64,000 nucleotides of DNA from Candidatus Parvarchaeum sp. GTDB lineage: Archaea; Nanobdellota; Nanobdellia; Pacearchaeales; GW2011-AR1. The stretch is taken from the NCBI GenBank assembly GCA_020724955.1, contig DYFY01000003.1, positions 23,463-87,462 on the forward strand, in the 5' to 3' direction. The notes beneath the pieces are model-generated. The model was not told the DNA's origin, ran no database searches, and saw nothing but the letters and a program-made list of their open reading frames with translations. This document shows, piece after piece, positions 1 to 9,188 of the stretch. Position 1 is the first letter of the stretch. Each line of letters begins with the position of its first letter. Both the position numbers and the translations under genes were made by a program.

Positions 1-621
1 GAATAGAATAATCTCATAGTTAGCTGATTTTGCTTTTCTAATGAATTCTTTTATTTTATCTCTTGACCATGCCTTAGATGGCCAGCGGGGAGAAGATCCC
101 ATATGAAGCCCTATTATTTTTTTTCCTAGAAGATTATTTTTTTTCACAAATTCATTTCCATATCTCAAATCATTTTCATCTAGATAAATTTTAGCCTGCT
201 GTTTCTTGAAAGGCAGATCGGCAAGTTCAAACATCATTTCTTGATATGTTTTTTTGTTCGTTTTTTTGAGCACATCATCATAAAGTGTGTTAAGATAATA
301 TTCTGCTCCTAGGTTAAATGAAGCGATATGTTGTCCTTCAGAATTAAATCCATACTTTTTTTCCGCCCGAATACTTTGCGCTAAATAAGTCGCCTCTTTT
401 TCGATGTCGAAATTATAGAGGATATCAAACTTTTTGTTTATTTCGCAAGGAATAGTCAGAATTTCATTAATAAAGGGGTTTTTTACCAACAGATCAGATA
501 TATTTTTTTTTGTTATCCAAGTAATTCTAGCCCTTGGGTATCTTTCTTTAATTGCTGGAAGTACTGAAAGAGTTCTTACTACATCTCCTTTCGCTCCAAG
601 TTTGATTATTAGAACTTCCAT
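1..621 (-). CDS. Glycosyltransferase family 9 (heptosyltransferase-like), 3' end cut by the window edge
   Basis: My own minus-strand translation from the ATG at 621 gives MEVLIIKLGAKGDVVRTLSVLPAIKERYPRARITWITKKNISDLL...GLHMGSSPRWPSKAWSRDKIKEF. The frame is open to position 1. This ORF is absent from the supplied track. The N-terminus looks like GT9 and the protein is paralogous to 11091..12284. Confidence 0.7.
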   Translation of the reverse strand, partial: MEVLIIKLGAKGDVVRTLSVLPAIKERYPRARITWITKKNISDLLVKNPFINEILTIPCEINKKFDILYNFDIEKEATYLAQSIRAEKKYGFNSEGQHIASFNLGAEYYLNTLYDDVLKKTNKKTYQEMMFELADLPFKKQQAKIYLDENDLRYGNEFVKKNNLLGKKIIGLHMGSSPRWPSKAWSRDKIKEFIRKAKSANYEIILF

Positions 622-676
622 GGATTTCAATAATAGAAGGGTTTTTTAAAGATAACTAAGAGGCATCACCTTGGAT

Positions 677-1165
677 TTATGTAGCTGGTAAAACTTTCAT
701 TTCTGCCCAGAATTTTCCTATCGTTGCGTTTCCGTATGGTGGAAGAATAAACTCTATTTTATTAGTCCCGTCAATTAAATTTTGAATGCAAGAGTTTTCA
801 AGCCTGTAAAGAATAAACCTATTTTTTTCTCCCGGAAAGTCTGTGCAATTAACATCATTCACTGCCAGAGTACAGCCTAATACTCCACATTTGAATAAAA
901 TATCGGCCTTTACAATCTTAGCACTCTTATAAATCAATTCTGATGGCAATTGTACAACATATGTCAAATCATTCCCTTCAGGGTTCCAGCTCGGGCTAGA
1001 AAAATATTCTTCTTTTTCTTGATTTAACTTTGCCCAGCCAGATATGTCGTCTTCTTCATCTGGGCTTTGACTGACTCCATTAGGGAAATAGAAGATGGTT
1101 ATCATAAAAATAAAAAATACAAAAACCAAGGGGATCATTAGAAATTTGATGCTTTTCTTGGCCAT
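677..1165 (-). CDS. Hypothetical N-terminally membrane-anchored protein
   Basis: 162-aa ORF with an N-terminal hydrophobic helix (FLMIPLVFVFFIFMITIFYF). I recognise no family. Confidence 0.5.
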   Translation of the reverse strand: MAKKSIKFLMIPLVFVFFIFMITIFYFPNGVSQSPDEEDDISGWAKLNQEKEEYFSSPSWNPEGNDLTYVVQLPSELIYKSAKIVKADILFKCGVLGCTLAVNDVNCTDFPGEKNRFILYRLENSCIQNLIDGTNKIEFILPPYGNATIGKFWAEMKVLPAT

Positions 1166-1235
1166 TTTTATTTGGGGAAGCCTTTGTTTATATAATTTGC
1201 GTAAGATTTAAAACTTCTTATTTGCCATTGAATTT

Positions 1236-1649
1236 ATGAATTTTAAAGTTTACATAGCTGGAAAAATTGGCTCGGAACATGAGCTTGAAATGCTGGAAAA
1301 AATAGATGAATTATGCAAGAAAATCGGGCTTGATACCTTCCTTCCGCATAGAGATGTAGGGATTGCCAAAGGGATAAAAGATGCCGAAAAAATCTTCCGG
1401 GGAGACATAAATGAGGGATTTAAAGATATAAACTTAGTGATTGCTTTGCTTGATGGGTTCCATATTGGAGCAGGCACTGCTTGGGAGCTTGGATATGCAT
1501 ACGCGAAGGGAATTCCTTCGATTGGACTTAAAACAGACGAACCTGTTGAAGATGGATTTGAGTATTTGAGCTCTATTCTCGTAGCATCAATGCCAATAGT
1601 AAGCTCTTTTGAAGAGTTAGAAAAAGAGATAAAAAAATATTTAATCTAA
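1236..1649 (+). CDS. Nucleoside 2-deoxyribosyltransferase-like protein
   Basis: 137 aa. The motifs VYIAGKI...LPHRD...GTAWELGYAYAKGIP resemble the Rossmann-like nucleoside deoxyribosyltransferase family. Confidence 0.6.
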   Translation: MNFKVYIAGKIGSEHELEMLEKIDELCKKIGLDTFLPHRDVGIAKGIKDAEKIFRGDINEGFKDINLVIALLDGFHIGAGTAWELGYAYAKGIPSIGLKTDEPVEDGFEYLSSILVASMPIVSSFEELEKEIKKYLI

Positions 1650-2543
1650 TGGTTTAGTAGATTTAATCTCTGTCTCACGCCATCCATCTTTATAATTTTC
1701 TTTTCTTCTTAACTCATGAAATGCTTTGAAGTAAAGGTACAGCCTTGCAATGTAGATCTGTTTTGTCCAAAATAGTTCTTTGGGATTTTTTGGGAACCAA
1801 AATAAGAAGGACCATCCTTCCCTAATTTCGTTAAAGAAGCTTTTTGTGCGAGGCATTTCAGGAGCGATTTTCTTGAGATTCTCATGGGCCTTAACGTTCC
1901 TAATTTTTTGATTTAACCAATCCTTTAAATTGGAGGGATTTTTTACATAAACCTCTGCATTTTCAGCGTAGCTGATTCTATAGCCTTTTTTCCAAAATAA
2001 GTAGGGAATTATGCTGTCTTCCGAGGTTTCCAATGGAAAATCAAAAATAACGTTTTTCCTGATAGCAAAAAGATATCCAGAGCATTCAAAAAACTTATTT
2101 TGAGCAGATAATTTTTTCCTTACTCTATCGATTCCGGCGAATAAAAAATGACTCCAGTAACCATACTTACTATCTCTTGAATCCAAACTAACTGGTTTGC
2201 CTGTTACACAACCTATTTTCTTGTCTTTAAATTTATTTAGAATTTCTCTAACTGCGTTATTTGACACGTAGACATCACCATCAGTAAAAATGAAAATATC
2301 GTTCTCAGTACCGGGCATCTCTTGGAGAAGAAAATTTAATGCATACGCTTTTCCTTCTCCAGGATCTAAGAAAAAATTAAATCTTTTATCTTTAATTTTT
2401 TTCTCCAGAAATTTTTTAACTTCTGGAAAAGGATCAACAACTGTCACTCTCATATCATCCCCAAGGTACTGATTTAAAAAAGTATTTACTGCACGTAAAG
2501 TAGAATTTGGTTCTTTATAGGAGGTTATTATAACATCTATCAT
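1641..2543 (-). CDS. Glycosyltransferase family 2
   Basis: 300 aa. IDVIITSYKEPNSTLRAVNTFLNQ and FTDGDVYV (a DxD-type motif) are typical of GT2. Confidence 0.75.
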   Translation of the reverse strand: MIDVIITSYKEPNSTLRAVNTFLNQYLGDDMRVTVVDPFPEVKKFLEKKIKDKRFNFFLDPGEGKAYALNFLLQEMPGTENDIFIFTDGDVYVSNNAVREILNKFKDKKIGCVTGKPVSLDSRDSKYGYWSHFLFAGIDRVRKKLSAQNKFFECSGYLFAIRKNVIFDFPLETSEDSIIPYLFWKKGYRISYAENAEVYVKNPSNLKDWLNQKIRNVKAHENLKKIAPEMPRTKSFFNEIREGWSFLFWFPKNPKELFWTKQIYIARLYLYFKAFHELRRKENYKDGWRETEIKSTKPLD

Positions 2544-2544
2544 T

Positions 2545-2751
2545 TTATCTTAAATCTATCGGATAGTCTGCAGGCCTTATAAGAATTATTTTTTCACCGG
2601 TTTTTCTTTTTGCAACAAATCTAACCTTCTTGGTGCCTTGTTTACTTATATCAGATACTTCTGTTTCCTCTATAAAAAGTTCTTCTCCGCCAATGATTAT
2701 TGTGCTTCCTTTTTTTATCTCTATCGCTTTTTTTTTCATATTAGAACTCAT
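2545..2751 (-). CDS. Stand-alone aIF5A N-domain-like small protein lacking the hypusine loop
   Basis: 68 aa. The sequence IKKGSTIIIGGEELFIEETEVSDISKQGTKKVRFVAK aligns by eye with the N-terminal SH3/KOW-like domain of the aIF5A at 19033..19425 (AKSGANIIIEGESYSVKSNDISKSGKHGASKCRIEA). The GKHG loop and the C-terminal OB domain are absent. Confidence 0.5.
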   Translation of the reverse strand: MSSNMKKKAIEIKKGSTIIIGGEELFIEETEVSDISKQGTKKVRFVAKRKTGEKIILIRPADYPIDLR

Positions 2752-2789
2752 AAAAACAGACTTATAAACCTTATTAAGTTTAAATTTTC

Positions 2790-3473
2790 ATGAAAAATGC
2801 AATAGTGTCCTGCTCCGGAGGAATAGACAGCGTCGTCACGGCCAACTATGTAAAAAAGAAACTGAACTACAAAAATCTAACTATCCTTTTTTTTAATTAT
2901 GGACAAAGAAATTTAACCAAAGAAAGATATTGTTCAAAAAAATGTTCTAGGGCGTTGAAAGCTAAATTTGTTGAAATTAATCTCCCAGAATTAAAAAATT
3001 TATCTGGTTCTTTGATTAACAATAACAAAAAATTCAAAGAAATAGGAAGAAATGAGTTGAAAGACGTTTCCAGTGAAATAAAAAAATGGTACGTTCCAAA
3101 CAGAAATGCTATCTTTTTGAGTTATGCACTGGGGTTGGCTGAATCTTTATTCATTACTAGTAAGAAAGCCCACGATATTTTTGTTGGATTTAAATATGAA
3201 GGTAAAGATGGATACCCTGATACGAGTAAAAAATTTATTCGTGCCTTCAATAATTTAAGTAATATTTCAACTAAAGGGCATTATAAAATTTTTGCTCCAT
3301 TAATTAACTTAGATAAAGAGAGTATAATCCTCTTAGGGAAAAAATTAGGAGTTGATTTTAAAAATACTTTCAGCTGTTACACTGGAAAAAGCAGACACTG
3401 TAAAAAATGTCTCGCCTGCGCTTTAAGAAAAGAAGGATTTTATTGGGCAAATTTGCAAGATCCAGCCCCATAG
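2790..3473 (+). CDS. queC: 7-cyano-7-deazaguanine synthase
   Basis: 227 aa. It has the PP-loop SCSGGIDS near the N-terminus and a C-terminal Zn-Cys cluster, CYTGKSRHCKKCLAC. Confidence 0.8.
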   Translation: MKNAIVSCSGGIDSVVTANYVKKKLNYKNLTILFFNYGQRNLTKERYCSKKCSRALKAKFVEINLPELKNLSGSLINNNKKFKEIGRNELKDVSSEIKKWYVPNRNAIFLSYALGLAESLFITSKKAHDIFVGFKYEGKDGYPDTSKKFIRAFNNLSNISTKGHYKIFAPLINLDKESIILLGKKLGVDFKNTFSCYTGKSRHCKKCLACALRKEGFYWANLQDPAP

Positions 3474-3484
3474 ATTAAAAAAAT

Positions 3485-4633
3485 TTAAGATTTAATTATA
3501 TTTTTGTAAAGCTCTTCAGTTTTTCTGGCTATGGAATCCCATTTATACTTTTGAGATTTTTTGATATTGTTCTTCCTTATTTTTACCCTTAACTTTTTAT
3601 TTTCCAAAAATTTTATTATTTTGTCTGCAAATTTCTCATTATCACCATAGGGGACTAGAAACCCATTTTCTGGTTCTTTCATTTCATAAGGAATGCCGTT
3701 AACAGGAGTTGCAATTATTGGTAACCCGGACGCCATCGCCTCAAAAAGTGTGAGGGGAAGTCCTTCTCTATAAGAAGGCATGACAAAAACGTCCGCAGAT
3801 TGATACATTTTAGCTATTTCTTGTCTGTCTCTTGTCGGTTCAAGATAAACAATTTTTTTTTCTCCAGAAATCATTTTTTTAACATCTTTTAAGATTCCCT
3901 CATCTGGACCGCGAATCACAAAAGTGGCTATATCAGGATACTTTTTCAAAACTGACTTTGAAATTTCAACGAATTTGTCAGCCCCCTTAGTAAAGCTAAT
4001 TCTTCCAAAGAACAGCACGATTGGCTTTTTTATTTTATGCTTCTTTTTAAAGTCATTATCTTTTATCCTTTTAAAAAAGAGATTATCCACTCCGTTTGGG
4101 AGATTAACTATTTTTTTGTCTTCTCCGCCGTATTTTTTGATGAATTTTTTTTCCCAAGGAGTTATTGCTATTATCTTGTCTGTTATTTTTAAAGCGATTC
4201 TTGAAAAAGTATTGTAGCTAACTAAAACCCCAATATTTCCAAGAGACGACCTTGGAGCATCACTCCAGGGACAATGGGTAGTGTGAACATGTTTAGCTCC
4301 TGACAGCTTGGCTGCCAAAGCGGAGAGAATAAAATGGATATGCCCAAAAACGTGACTGTGGATCACATCAAATTTTCCTTTTAGTAGCCCAGGAAAGACT
4401 CCCGGAAAAACTGTTGCGAAATTGGCTATTCTAGCTATGTGAAAACATCTATGGACATGAACTCCATCGGAAAACTCATATCTCTTCTCTATTCTTTTAT
4501 ATTTGTCCCAATCTGGAGCAAAAACATGTACTTCATGTCCTTTCTTAGCCTGTCTTCTAGCGAGTTCCTCTACAACCTGTCCAACACCGCTTACTGCCGG
4601 AGCATATTCCGAACAAACATGCGCTATTTTCAT
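3485..4633 (-). CDS. Glycosyltransferase family 4 (GT-B fold)
   Basis: 382 aa. The N-terminus is MKIAHVCSEYAPAVSGVGQVVEELARR and the C-terminal part (SYREGLPLTLFEAMASGLPIIAT) carries the EX7E-type motif. Confidence 0.8.
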   Translation of the reverse strand: MKIAHVCSEYAPAVSGVGQVVEELARRQAKKGHEVHVFAPDWDKYKRIEKRYEFSDGVHVHRCFHIARIANFATVFPGVFPGLLKGKFDVIHSHVFGHIHFILSALAAKLSGAKHVHTTHCPWSDAPRSSLGNIGVLVSYNTFSRIALKITDKIIAITPWEKKFIKKYGGEDKKIVNLPNGVDNLFFKRIKDNDFKKKHKIKKPIVLFFGRISFTKGADKFVEISKSVLKKYPDIATFVIRGPDEGILKDVKKMISGEKKIVYLEPTRDRQEIAKMYQSADVFVMPSYREGLPLTLFEAMASGLPIIATPVNGIPYEMKEPENGFLVPYGDNEKFADKIIKFLENKKLRVKIRKNNIKKSQKYKWDSIARKTEELYKNIIKS

Positions 4634-5047
4634 TTAATTTCCTGATAAGGATTGTTTATAAGTTTTGGCAGGAGCCCTCAAGAAGATAATAAAAGAGTAA
4701 ACTATTAATGCAGAAATTATTCCAATTGTGTTAAGGATTAAATCTCCGAAAGACATATTTCTTCCAGGAACAAAATACTGATGAATTTCATCAAAAACTG
4801 CATAAAGAAATGCTGTGAAAAAAACCGGAAGAAACATAGTTTTTCTGTTTCCTCTTATTAGAGAAACACTCAGAAAAAAACTTAAAGCAAAAAAAGCAGT
4901 CAGATGGTAAAGAATTGCCTTAAAACTGCTTCCATCTGAAAAACCTCCCGAGTCAAACTGTATAGATGATACGGAAAAGATCGCAATCATGATGGCAAAA
5001 GTTATTGAAAAACTAAATTTATAATTTCTTTCTAGCCAAAAAATCAT
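4634..5047 (-). CDS. VanZ-like membrane protein
   Basis: 137 aa with four hydrophobic segments and a VanZ-like DEIHQYFVPGR motif. Confidence 0.6.
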   Translation of the reverse strand: MIFWLERNYKFSFSITFAIMIAIFSVSSIQFDSGGFSDGSSFKAILYHLTAFFALSFFLSVSLIRGNRKTMFLPVFFTAFLYAVFDEIHQYFVPGRNMSFGDLILNTIGIISALIVYSFIIFLRAPAKTYKQSLSGN

Positions 5048-5751
5048 TTTTTTCTGTAAATAGAAGGAAGTTTTAAATTTAATTCAGGACTTTTCTTCTT
5101 CAAAGAGGTATTAATCTTTTTCATTTTTTCTCTAAGTTTATTTAGATCGTTATTTTCCAAAATGTATTCATTAAGAATTGATTTTTTGACGAGTTCAAAA
5201 TTATGCTCCATTGATTCCATCCAGATTTTCCCATATTCTCTTGAGATATGGCTTCCTGGGAGTAAGGTTCCTCTTCTGGAAGGGTGCTTGATGTTATATG
5301 CTTTTTCCCTCAAAGTTTTATTTCCCTCAAACAAAACAAGAAAGTCTGATTTTGGAATAAGTTTGAGCACGTTGTTTATCTCTTCTTTAGAAGCTTTTTT
5401 TTGGAGAATCATAAATAAACTCTGAAAAAAATACTCATCTGTATAGATATTTTGCTGAAAATTTTTGATATATTCTTCTTTTGCAAGAACGGAGGCCATG
5501 TAGGAATTTCTCAGCAGGAACGAGGATATTTTTGTACTAAGCGACATATTGATGTTTAAATGATTTGAGTTTAATTTTGTGAAGAAAAGGAGATTTCTGA
5601 TAGGATGGAAAAAAAAGCTTTTCAAAAGAAGCATAATTTTAGTTAAAAAAGTTATTTTTTCAAATTTTAAAACAGGATACCCCTCTTTAACAAGTTCTTT
5701 CTTTAAAACCGATTTTCCTGAATTAGAGAGCCCGAAAAATTCAATTATCAT
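5044..5751 (-). CDS. P-loop NTPase or sulfotransferase-like protein, function unknown
   Basis: 235 aa with a Walker A-like GLSNSGKS at residues 7-14. It lies inside the glycan cluster. Confidence 0.45.
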   Translation of the reverse strand: MIIEFFGLSNSGKSVLKKELVKEGYPVLKFEKITFLTKIMLLLKSFFFHPIRNLLFFTKLNSNHLNINMSLSTKISSFLLRNSYMASVLAKEEYIKNFQQNIYTDEYFFQSLFMILQKKASKEEINNVLKLIPKSDFLVLFEGNKTLREKAYNIKHPSRRGTLLPGSHISREYGKIWMESMEHNFELVKKSILNEYILENNDLNKLREKMKKINTSLKKKSPELNLKLPSIYRKK

Positions 5752-5836
5752 TTTAAAGCTGTTTTCATTTTTTCAAGAGACTTTATTTTTCTAATGCATA
5801 TTTTTTTCTCTTTCTTAGTCAATTGGTTGTTTTTTA

Positions 5837-6844
5837 ATGCATCTTTGTAAGTGCGAATCGTGTTCTCTACCTGCTCAAGAGTGTAATCTACCATATTTGG
5901 TAAAGAAAAGGGAGTTTTTTAAAGATATCTCCCTTGATAAATTTATAAGGGCTCCAATCATTTTAAAACACATGGAAAAAAACATAATCCCAGGTCTTTT
6001 AAGAGAAATGGAAAAAGAGAAAATAAATTTTGTCCTGGCAAGACCAGTAAAAAATTTAACCAAGGAATTAACTTTGCCAAAGCTTACAAATGAGTTAGGT
6101 TATTTTAAGAAAGTTGAATGCCCCAAACCCTTTTTTAATAGTCTTGAAATAAATGTTGATGATAAGAATCTTGAAAAAGTACTTAGATTAATAAAGGAAA
6201 AAGGCTTTTTGAAAGTCTTTTCCCTAGAAAACAGCTCAATCCATTATCTCTACAACAGGAAAGAAGGACTTCTTGAGATAAATATTAACTTGTCCAAGAA
6301 AATCACGAGAAAGAAAAAATTAAGAAAAATAGGAAAGAAAGGTTTCTTCATATGTTTTGTGGCTCCAGAGGGAGGAGGGAAGACTAGCTCCCTGAGCGGA
6401 GCCTATATGATTTTTGAAAACTTTCCAGTCAAAAAAGAATACCTCACATTTAGCTCATTCAAAGAATCCAGGCTTCATAGAATAGCAGATATAAAGAAAA
6501 AACTGCTGAGGATCTTATATAGCAGGATAAAGGGTAAACTTATTTTCACAGACAGGTATCTTTATCTTACGTTTAGGAATAGACCATTTCTTAGGAAGCT
6601 TTTGTGGAAGATTATCCCCGAACCAGATATTGTTTTTATCATGAAGGCTCCTTACAAAGTCCTAAAAAAAAGAAGAGGCCCTCTCTGCAAGCCTGAAAGA
6701 GAGGTAAGAGAGATTTACTCATTATTTGAGAGGGCACAAAATAAGATAAAAATAAATTCACAAAAAAAGCTTGAGAAAAATCTAGAGATAATTATCAATT
6801 CAATACTACGGCTTTACTCTAATGAACATGACAAGGCAAAATAG
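5837..6844 (+). CDS. Two-domain protein with a C-terminal thymidylate-kinase-like P-loop domain
   Basis: 335 aa with the P-loop FVAPEGGGKTS. It is a tandem paralog of 6822..7739 and shares TDRYLYLTFRNRPFLRKLLWKIIPEP. The true start may be internal (MEKNII...). Confidence 0.55.
   Translation: MHLCKCESCSLPAQECNLPYLVKKREFFKDISLDKFIRAPIILKHMEKNIIPGLLREMEKEKINFVLARPVKNLTKELTLPKLTNELGYFKKVECPKPFFNSLEINVDDKNLEKVLRLIKEKGFLKVFSLENSSIHYLYNRKEGLLEININLSKKITRKKKLRKIGKKGFFICFVAPEGGGKTSSLSGAYMIFENFPVKKEYLTFSSFKESRLHRIADIKKKLLRILYSRIKGKLIFTDRYLYLTFRNRPFLRKLLWKIIPEPDIVFIMKAPYKVLKKRRGPLCKPEREVREIYSLFERAQNKIKINSQKKLEKNLEIIINSILRLYSNEHDKAK
6546..6624. repeat. 79-nt segment identical to 7438..7516
   Basis: Exact nucleotide identity read directly from the sequence, at an offset of 892 nt. 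The flanking sequence of the two paralogous genes is diverged. Confidence 0.9.
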
Positions 6845-7739
6845 TTTGAAAAAAATTTTCCACGATTTTAAGAAGATTGATTACTGTATAAGAAGCAGAT
6901 ACAGACATCTCCCCAATACTCTTGATAATGGGGATGTCGATATTCTTGTTAATAGTAAAGATATCGGCACCACCAAGAAAATCTTAAAAGAAAATGGATT
7001 CTTTTTCTACCCTCACACGGAGCCGAATAAATTCTATTTTAAGTACGATAAAGAACTTGGATTAATTCTTTTAGACATTCTTCCAACCAGTAACGAGATT
7101 AAAAAAAAGAACTATAATGGAATATATGTACCGAAAGATGAAATCAAGATTCCAAATAAAAAAAGTTTGTTACAAAAAATTTATACAGGAATAAGAAGGA
7201 GGCTTTTTTTTATGCTTTCGGGTCCGCTGATCGTATTCGAGGGACCCGATGGAAGTGGGAAAACAACAAATGCTGAAGCTCTTTATGTGGCTTTGGAGAA
7301 ATTTCCAATGAAAAAACAATTCATCCACTTTGCAACCAAATTCAAGAACAAAAAACCTTCAACTCTCAAGAGATTTTTTAGCAGGATGATCGCATTACTC
7401 AGAGTGTATTTCAATATTTTTCTTGGAAGAATGACTATCACAGACAGGTATCTTTATCTTACGTTTAGGAATAGACCATTTCTTAGGAAGCTTTTGTGGA
7501 AGATTATCCCCGAACCTAATATGCTTTTTATAGCAAAAGCTCCTGTAGAAGTTATAAGAAAGAGAAAGAAAGGACAGAAAGATTTGCTTTCCAAGGAGAT
7601 TATAAAAGAGCTTTATTCTATATATTCAAATGGAAAGGCTAAGAACAAGATATTTTTAGATACTACAAAGTCAATACGAAATAACACTGAATTAATTGTT
7701 AATAAGACCTTGGAATCATTTCTTAATTATTTTCTATAA
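6822..7739 (+). CDS. Two-domain protein: nucleotidyltransferase-like N-domain plus thymidylate-kinase-like P-loop domain
   Basis: 305 aa. The N-terminus has DNGDVDILVNSKD (NTase-like) and the C-terminal half has the P-loop FEGPDGSGKTT. Confidence 0.55.
   Translation: MNMTRQNSLKKIFHDFKKIDYCIRSRYRHLPNTLDNGDVDILVNSKDIGTTKKILKENGFFFYPHTEPNKFYFKYDKELGLILLDILPTSNEIKKKNYNGIYVPKDEIKIPNKKSLLQKIYTGIRRRLFFMLSGPLIVFEGPDGSGKTTNAEALYVALEKFPMKKQFIHFATKFKNKKPSTLKRFFSRMIALLRVYFNIFLGRMTITDRYLYLTFRNRPFLRKLLWKIIPEPNMLFIAKAPVEVIRKRKKGQKDLLSKEIIKELYSIYSNGKAKNKIFLDTTKSIRNNTELIVNKTLESFLNYFL
7438..7516. repeat. 79-nt segment identical to 6546..6624
   Basis: See the partner repeat at 6546..6624. Confidence 0.9.
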
Positions 7740-8416
7740 GCCCAAAACTTAATAATGACAAGTATCATTGATACTATGAAAAAAACCCATAGGAAGATGA
7801 CTGTTTGGAACAACAATGCTAGAGCTATGACATGCTTTTGTATGTCTCCTGTGAAACCAACTACCCCCCTTACACCAAACCTAGATTTTAACTTACCTAT
7901 AAACCCGCTTTTTTGTATCTGCTTGCTCTTATTCTCTTTATCCTCAAAATACCAACCAGCATTAGCTGTGGAGAGATTAAGAAGACAGAATGAAAGCATC
8001 GTCAAAAGTCCCAAAAGCAAGTCTCCCATAAAATAACCTGCTGAGAAGATTACAAGAGGAAATATTATGACTCCAGCCATTGAGTCCATATATTTTCCGA
8101 ATTGATTCTGCTTGTCTGTTCTTTTCACCAATGTGGCTCTAAACCTTGCGAGTTCTCCATCGGCGCTGTCCATTATCAATGATAATTCCACAAAAACTGC
8201 AGCCCATATCCAGTACCCGTTATAGATTAGGGCAATAGTCAGAATATCAATAATAGGAGTCAGAAGAGCCACACATTCAGCGCATAAGGTGAAATGGGCA
8301 AAGAACCATGAAAAAAACTTCGATATCGGGCGATTTGTATAGGGTGCTAGAAAATCTCCATCATCCCTTGACTTTGAGAAGTTGAAATCCCTAAGAGGGG
8401 GAACATTGTATTTCAT
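7727..8416 (-). CDS. CDP-alcohol phosphatidyltransferase-like membrane protein
   Basis: 229 aa and multi-pass. It has DSADGELAR...GKYMD, matching the D-G-x2-A-R part of the CDP-OH_P_transf motif. The last Asp of the motif is not obvious. Confidence 0.6.
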   Translation of the reverse strand: MKYNVPPLRDFNFSKSRDDGDFLAPYTNRPISKFFSWFFAHFTLCAECVALLTPIIDILTIALIYNGYWIWAAVFVELSLIMDSADGELARFRATLVKRTDKQNQFGKYMDSMAGVIIFPLVIFSAGYFMGDLLLGLLTMLSFCLLNLSTANAGWYFEDKENKSKQIQKSGFIGKLKSRFGVRGVVGFTGDIQKHVIALALLFQTVIFLWVFFIVSMILVIIKFWAYRK

Positions 8417-8446
8417 TAATAAAAAAATTCTTTGGATTATTAAAAT

Positions 8447-9136
8447 CTATCTAAAAAAGAACAGGTCGCATCTTGCAGGGCTTTCATTTTCATAAACTAC
8501 ATTTTCCTGGAGAAATCCTGTGAATCCCGCCCTTTCCGAGATTTTCAAAATTTCAACGAAAGTGGCCTGTCCCTTGAAATTATCCTGAAAATTAATCTCT
8601 ACCTGTAAAATATCAATTTCTTTTAACTTTTTACCAAAACCCTCCAGAACCTTGTCTTCTGCTCCTTCAACATCTATTTTTAAATAACAAGGTCTGTCTA
8701 CATGGATACCTAAAGAATCAAATCTCTTCTGTGGGATTTTTATCTTTTCTATATCCTCTTTTCTGTAAACATTTTTTCGACCATAATTTAAGAACGAGCT
8801 TTTTCTGTCTGCCATTTTATTGAAGAAGAAATCAGATTCCTGATTTTTGTTCCATAGTCCAACTGGGAAAAAAGAGAGATTCATTGAACCGAGAGTTTTA
8901 GCGTACTTGGGCAGAGGCTCAAAAGCATAAACTTTAGCGTTAGGAAAAACATAAAAACAAGCCCTGGAAAAATCGCCTCTGTTCGCTCCGACGTCAATAA
9001 TCGTCTTGGCTTCGCTCTTAAGAAGTTTTTTTGCCGTCAAACAATGACTTGCATAAATCGGCTTAAGCCCCTTAAGTCTGGCCAATACAATTATTGGATT
9101 TTCTATAATCAGTTTTATTTTCCCAGACAGCGTCAT
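8447..9136 (-). CDS. FkbM-family SAM-dependent methyltransferase
   Basis: 229 aa with IIDVGANRGDFS, YAFEP and LKIDVEGAE motifs. Confidence 0.75.
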   Translation of the reverse strand: MTLSGKIKLIIENPIIVLARLKGLKPIYASHCLTAKKLLKSEAKTIIDVGANRGDFSRACFYVFPNAKVYAFEPLPKYAKTLGSMNLSFFPVGLWNKNQESDFFFNKMADRKSSFLNYGRKNVYRKEDIEKIKIPQKRFDSLGIHVDRPCYLKIDVEGAEDKVLEGFGKKLKEIDILQVEINFQDNFKGQATFVEILKISERAGFTGFLQENVVYENESPARCDLFFFR

Positions 9137-9188
9137 CCATATTCAAGAGGCTATAGTTTTATTAACTTATCTACACAAAAGGGAGTTA

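Noticed and set aside
434-649. A 71-aa plus-strand ORF at the window start
   Set aside because: It is antisense to the clear GT9 coding frame (1..621, minus strand), which gives a family-typical N-terminus.
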